A DNA stretch of 64,000 bases from an uncultured Gammaproteobacteria bacterium. Lineage in GTDB: Bacteria > Pseudomonadota > Gammaproteobacteria > JACCXJ01. The stretch covers positions 1-64,000 of the forward strand of contig CAVXTM010000005.1 of assembly GCA_963764725.1 (NCBI GenBank), in the 5' to 3' direction. This document shows, one piece after another, positions 61,553 through 64,000 of the stretch; position 1 is the stretch's first letter, and every line of letters starts with the position of its first letter. The notes beneath the pieces are model-generated. The model saw only the letters and a program-made list of their open reading frames with translations, made no database searches and was not told where the DNA came from. The translations under genes and the position numbers were made by a program.

Positions 61553-61668
61553 ATTTATTCCCCGCGGTCTTGCCGCGGGATCCTTTGCCACGGGGTTTCC
61601 AAAAAAAGGAGAAGCGCAGCTCGCGCCACGGGGTTCATGCCCCGTGGTGGCGAAATAAAATTGATTTT
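61553..61668 (+). repeat. Palindromic repeat family B, best-preserved copy
   Basis: Hairpins CCCGCGG-TCTTG-CCGCGGG and CCACGGGG-TTCATG-CCCCGTGG; ends in AAAATTGATTTT. Confidence 0.8.
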
Positions 61669-61834
61669 GGCGGGGCGGCACCCTGATCTTCGAGTTCAGG
61701 ATGCTACGGCCGATACCTCCGGCGATGATGAAGATGCAGCGGGACCGGTCTTCCTCGGCCTGCCGCCGCAATAATGAGCACCAGAGAGCATAGCGAGGTC
61801 CAAGCTTGGGAACTTTAAAACGCGCGGTGGGGTC

Positions 61835-62911
61835 ATGAGATTGCCTACCGCGCGCGCCGCTGATCGCCTGTTCATACCCAACTTCTGCACCGTTCGGCCG
61901 GTGTTCGTACTGGTCTTGATGGCCGAGCTATTGGCCATCGTGCTGACCCTATCGACGGCCACGGATGTAAACGCAAGCTTCAACGATCTGGCCCTCAAGT
62001 CGCTTTTCATTCAATGGATTACTCTTTGCTGCGCCGCGGTTCTGTGCGCGAGCCGAACGTTTTACTCCCGCCTCAGCGAGGCCAGGGTGGCAATGGTTGC
62101 TTATTTATCGATGCTCGCGATCGCTTGGGTATTGAGCGAGCTGGCGTGGTGGACCCTAGATTACTTGAGCAACCCGATGCCTCTCGGTGCGGCTTCCAGG
62201 GGGGGATTCTTAGCATGCAATCTGGCGATTGCGGCAATCGTGATCGCGATCGCACTGCGTTATATGTATGTCCACCATCACTGGGAACGGCGCATCGAAT
62301 CGGAGTCCGAGGCCCGCATCCAGGCCCTGCAGGCCCGCATGCGGCCGCATTTTTTTTTCAACTGCATGAACACCATCGCCAGCCTGACCCGCAGCCATCC
62401 AAAGCTGGCCGAGGAAGCCGTCGAGAACTTAGCCGATCTGTTTCGAGCGAGCCTCTTGCCCGCGCGTGAGCGGGTCACGCTCGGTGGGGAGCTTGAGCTA
62501 TGCCGACAGTATTTACGGATAGAAGCCCTGCGCCTGCAAGATCGCTTGGCGATCGACTGGCAGATGGATGGGTTACCAGCGGACGCACTGGTACCGGTGT
62601 TATCGATTCAGCCGCTCATCGAGAACGCGATCTACCATGGGATCGAGCCCTTGCCTCAAGGTGGGGTGACTCGGATCAGGGGGCAGCGCGAGGGGTATCG
62701 GCTCACGGTCGTGATCGAAAATCAGAAGCCCGCGGATGGCAGGCGATCCTCGCGCGCAAGCCATGGCTTTGCCCAGGAAAACGTGGGGCAACGGATGCGG
62801 GCTTTCCACGGCGAGTCGGGGGGGCTGACAGTGGAGGACTTGGGCGATCACTACCGGGCGACATTATCTTTTCCTTATGAACGCGCCCAAGATGCGGATC
62901 CTTATCGTTGA
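61835..62911 (+). CDS. fimS: LytS-type sensor kinase FimS/AlgZ
   Basis: FIPNFC, ALQARMRPHFFFN.MNTIASL, QPLIENAIYHG. Confidence 0.92.
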   Translation: MRLPTARAADRLFIPNFCTVRPVFVLVLMAELLAIVLTLSTATDVNASFNDLALKSLFIQWITLCCAAVLCASRTFYSRLSEARVAMVAYLSMLAIAWVLSELAWWTLDYLSNPMPLGAASRGGFLACNLAIAAIVIAIALRYMYVHHHWERRIESESEARIQALQARMRPHFFFNCMNTIASLTRSHPKLAEEAVENLADLFRASLLPARERVTLGGELELCRQYLRIEALRLQDRLAIDWQMDGLPADALVPVLSIQPLIENAIYHGIEPLPQGGVTRIRGQREGYRLTVVIENQKPADGRRSSRASHGFAQENVGQRMRAFHGESGGLTVEDLGDHYRATLSFPYERAQDADPYR

Positions 62912-63644
62912 TGATGAGCCGCTCGCGCGCGAGCGGCTCGCCTCACTGGTCCGCGAGCTTGCGGTCGGTGAGGTCGTGGGAGAAGCGGGAAACGGGATCG
63001 AGGCCTTGACCGCCGTTGCGGCGCATGCGCCGCAGCTCGTGCTGCTCGATATCCGCATGCCCGGCATGGACGGGTTGGAGGCGGCGCAACATATGGCCTA
63101 CTATGAGCCTTCCCCGGCGGTGATCTTTACGACGGCCTTTGGTGATTATGCGCTTGAGGCTTTCGAGGCCAGTGCCGTCGATTATCTTTTGAAACCGATC
63201 CGTAAGGAGCGGCTTTTACAGGGACTACAGCGAGCCAGAGTACTAAGCCGGGGTGCGCTCGATATCCTCAAGGAGCGGACCGGTCCGACTCGAGGCCGAA
63301 CCCATCTGAGCGCCCCAGTAGGCGGCAGCCTGAGGCTTGTGCCCATGGATGAGGTGCTTTATTTCCAGGCAGATGAGAAGTACGTCACGGTAGTTTGGAC
63401 GGGTGGAGAGCTCGTCATCGAGGAGCCGCTAAAAACCCTGGAGGCCGAATTCGGCGAGCGGTTCCTCCGCATCCACCGCAATGCTTTGGTATCCCTCTCC
63501 CGAGTCGAAGCCCTGGCGCGCGATGGTGTGGGTGGCTTAGCTGTTAAATTGCGCGGGACAGAAAAGCGGTTGCCGGTCAGCCGCCGGCTCAGCGGTCAGG
63601 TGCGCCGATGTCTTAAATCGATGAGAAGGGCTGAGAGCTTGTGA
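62892..63644 (+). CDS. algR: LytTR response regulator AlgR
   Basis: ILIVDDEPLARERL, LLDIRMPGMDG, KYV, FLRIHRNALV, VSRR. Confidence 0.93.
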   Translation: MRILIVDDEPLARERLASLVRELAVGEVVGEAGNGIEALTAVAAHAPQLVLLDIRMPGMDGLEAAQHMAYYEPSPAVIFTTAFGDYALEAFEASAVDYLLKPIRKERLLQGLQRARVLSRGALDILKERTGPTRGRTHLSAPVGGSLRLVPMDEVLYFQADEKYVTVVWTGGELVIEEPLKTLEAEFGERFLRIHRNALVSLSRVEALARDGVGGLAVKLRGTEKRLPVSRRLSGQVRRCLKSMRRAESL

Positions 63645-63821
63645 AAAAACCTGCTGCGCTCGAAATCTCGCGTTCCGGCGGTGCTCGGAATCCTCATGTA
63701 TGGCAATATACACTCCGGTTCCTGCGCTCCGGCGGAAAACCAGGGCCAGGGTGGCCCTGCTTGGCGCGTCGAGGATGCACCGCAACCTTCCTTCGCTCGC
63801 GACGGTTTTTTCACAAGCTCT
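63634..63821. mobile_element. MITE (188 bp) with 18-bp terminal inverted repeats
   Basis: AGAGCTTGTGAAAAAACC / GGTTTTTTCACAAGCTCT; non-coding interior. Confidence 0.82.
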
Positions 63822-64000
63822 TAGGGAAGGCTTGCCGGATTCAAGGCTCGCGTTTCAGTTTAGCTTTAAGATCGGCGAAAGGCTTAAACGTGGCCGATCC
63901 CTCCGGTTCGGGGCCGAGAGTCATTCCCTCGCCGAGAACCGCGTCCGTGTATCGGGCGTGCTCGTTGTCGTGGCAGTAGCGGCACAAAAGCTCCCAATTG

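Overview
Chromosomal window from a GC-rich Gammaproteobacterium. 1-13.6 kb is a housekeeping block: partial tRNA, ispB, rplU-rpmA-obgE-proB, rpsT, murJ-ribF-ileS-lspA-ispH, a thiO-like oxidase, a Fur-family regulator and tRNA-Thr(CGT). From the tRNA-Thr to about 27 kb lies a decayed accessory/defence island: an IS256 scrap, a TIR protein with an unusual helical tail, a QatB-like relic, a type III R-M system with a vapBC pair between res and mod, and IS200 and IS5 relics. Next come an ftsH paralog, a DUF2760-Hsp70-Hsp70 module, a cNMP/rhodanese/coiled-coil protein, metabolic genes (fadD, pyrC, rnt) and the minor pilin operon fimT-pilVWXY1E with fimS-algR. The best candidate for an undescribed system is a 1.69 kb element (42556-44243). 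It encodes a protein with Rep_trans-like motifs and a winged helix, has no terminal inverted repeats, and is bounded by CTAA direct repeats next to a hairpin resembling the pT181/filamentous-phage nick origin. This suggests a non-DDE rolling-circle or single-strand transposon. A 45-bp palindromic unit sits in-frame in its gene and recurs inside a MITE at 63.7 kb. Several miniature repeat families are present. The scattered +1 frameshifts (mod, DUF2760, pilY1) look like long-read errors. All family assignments come from motif recognition; no searches were run.
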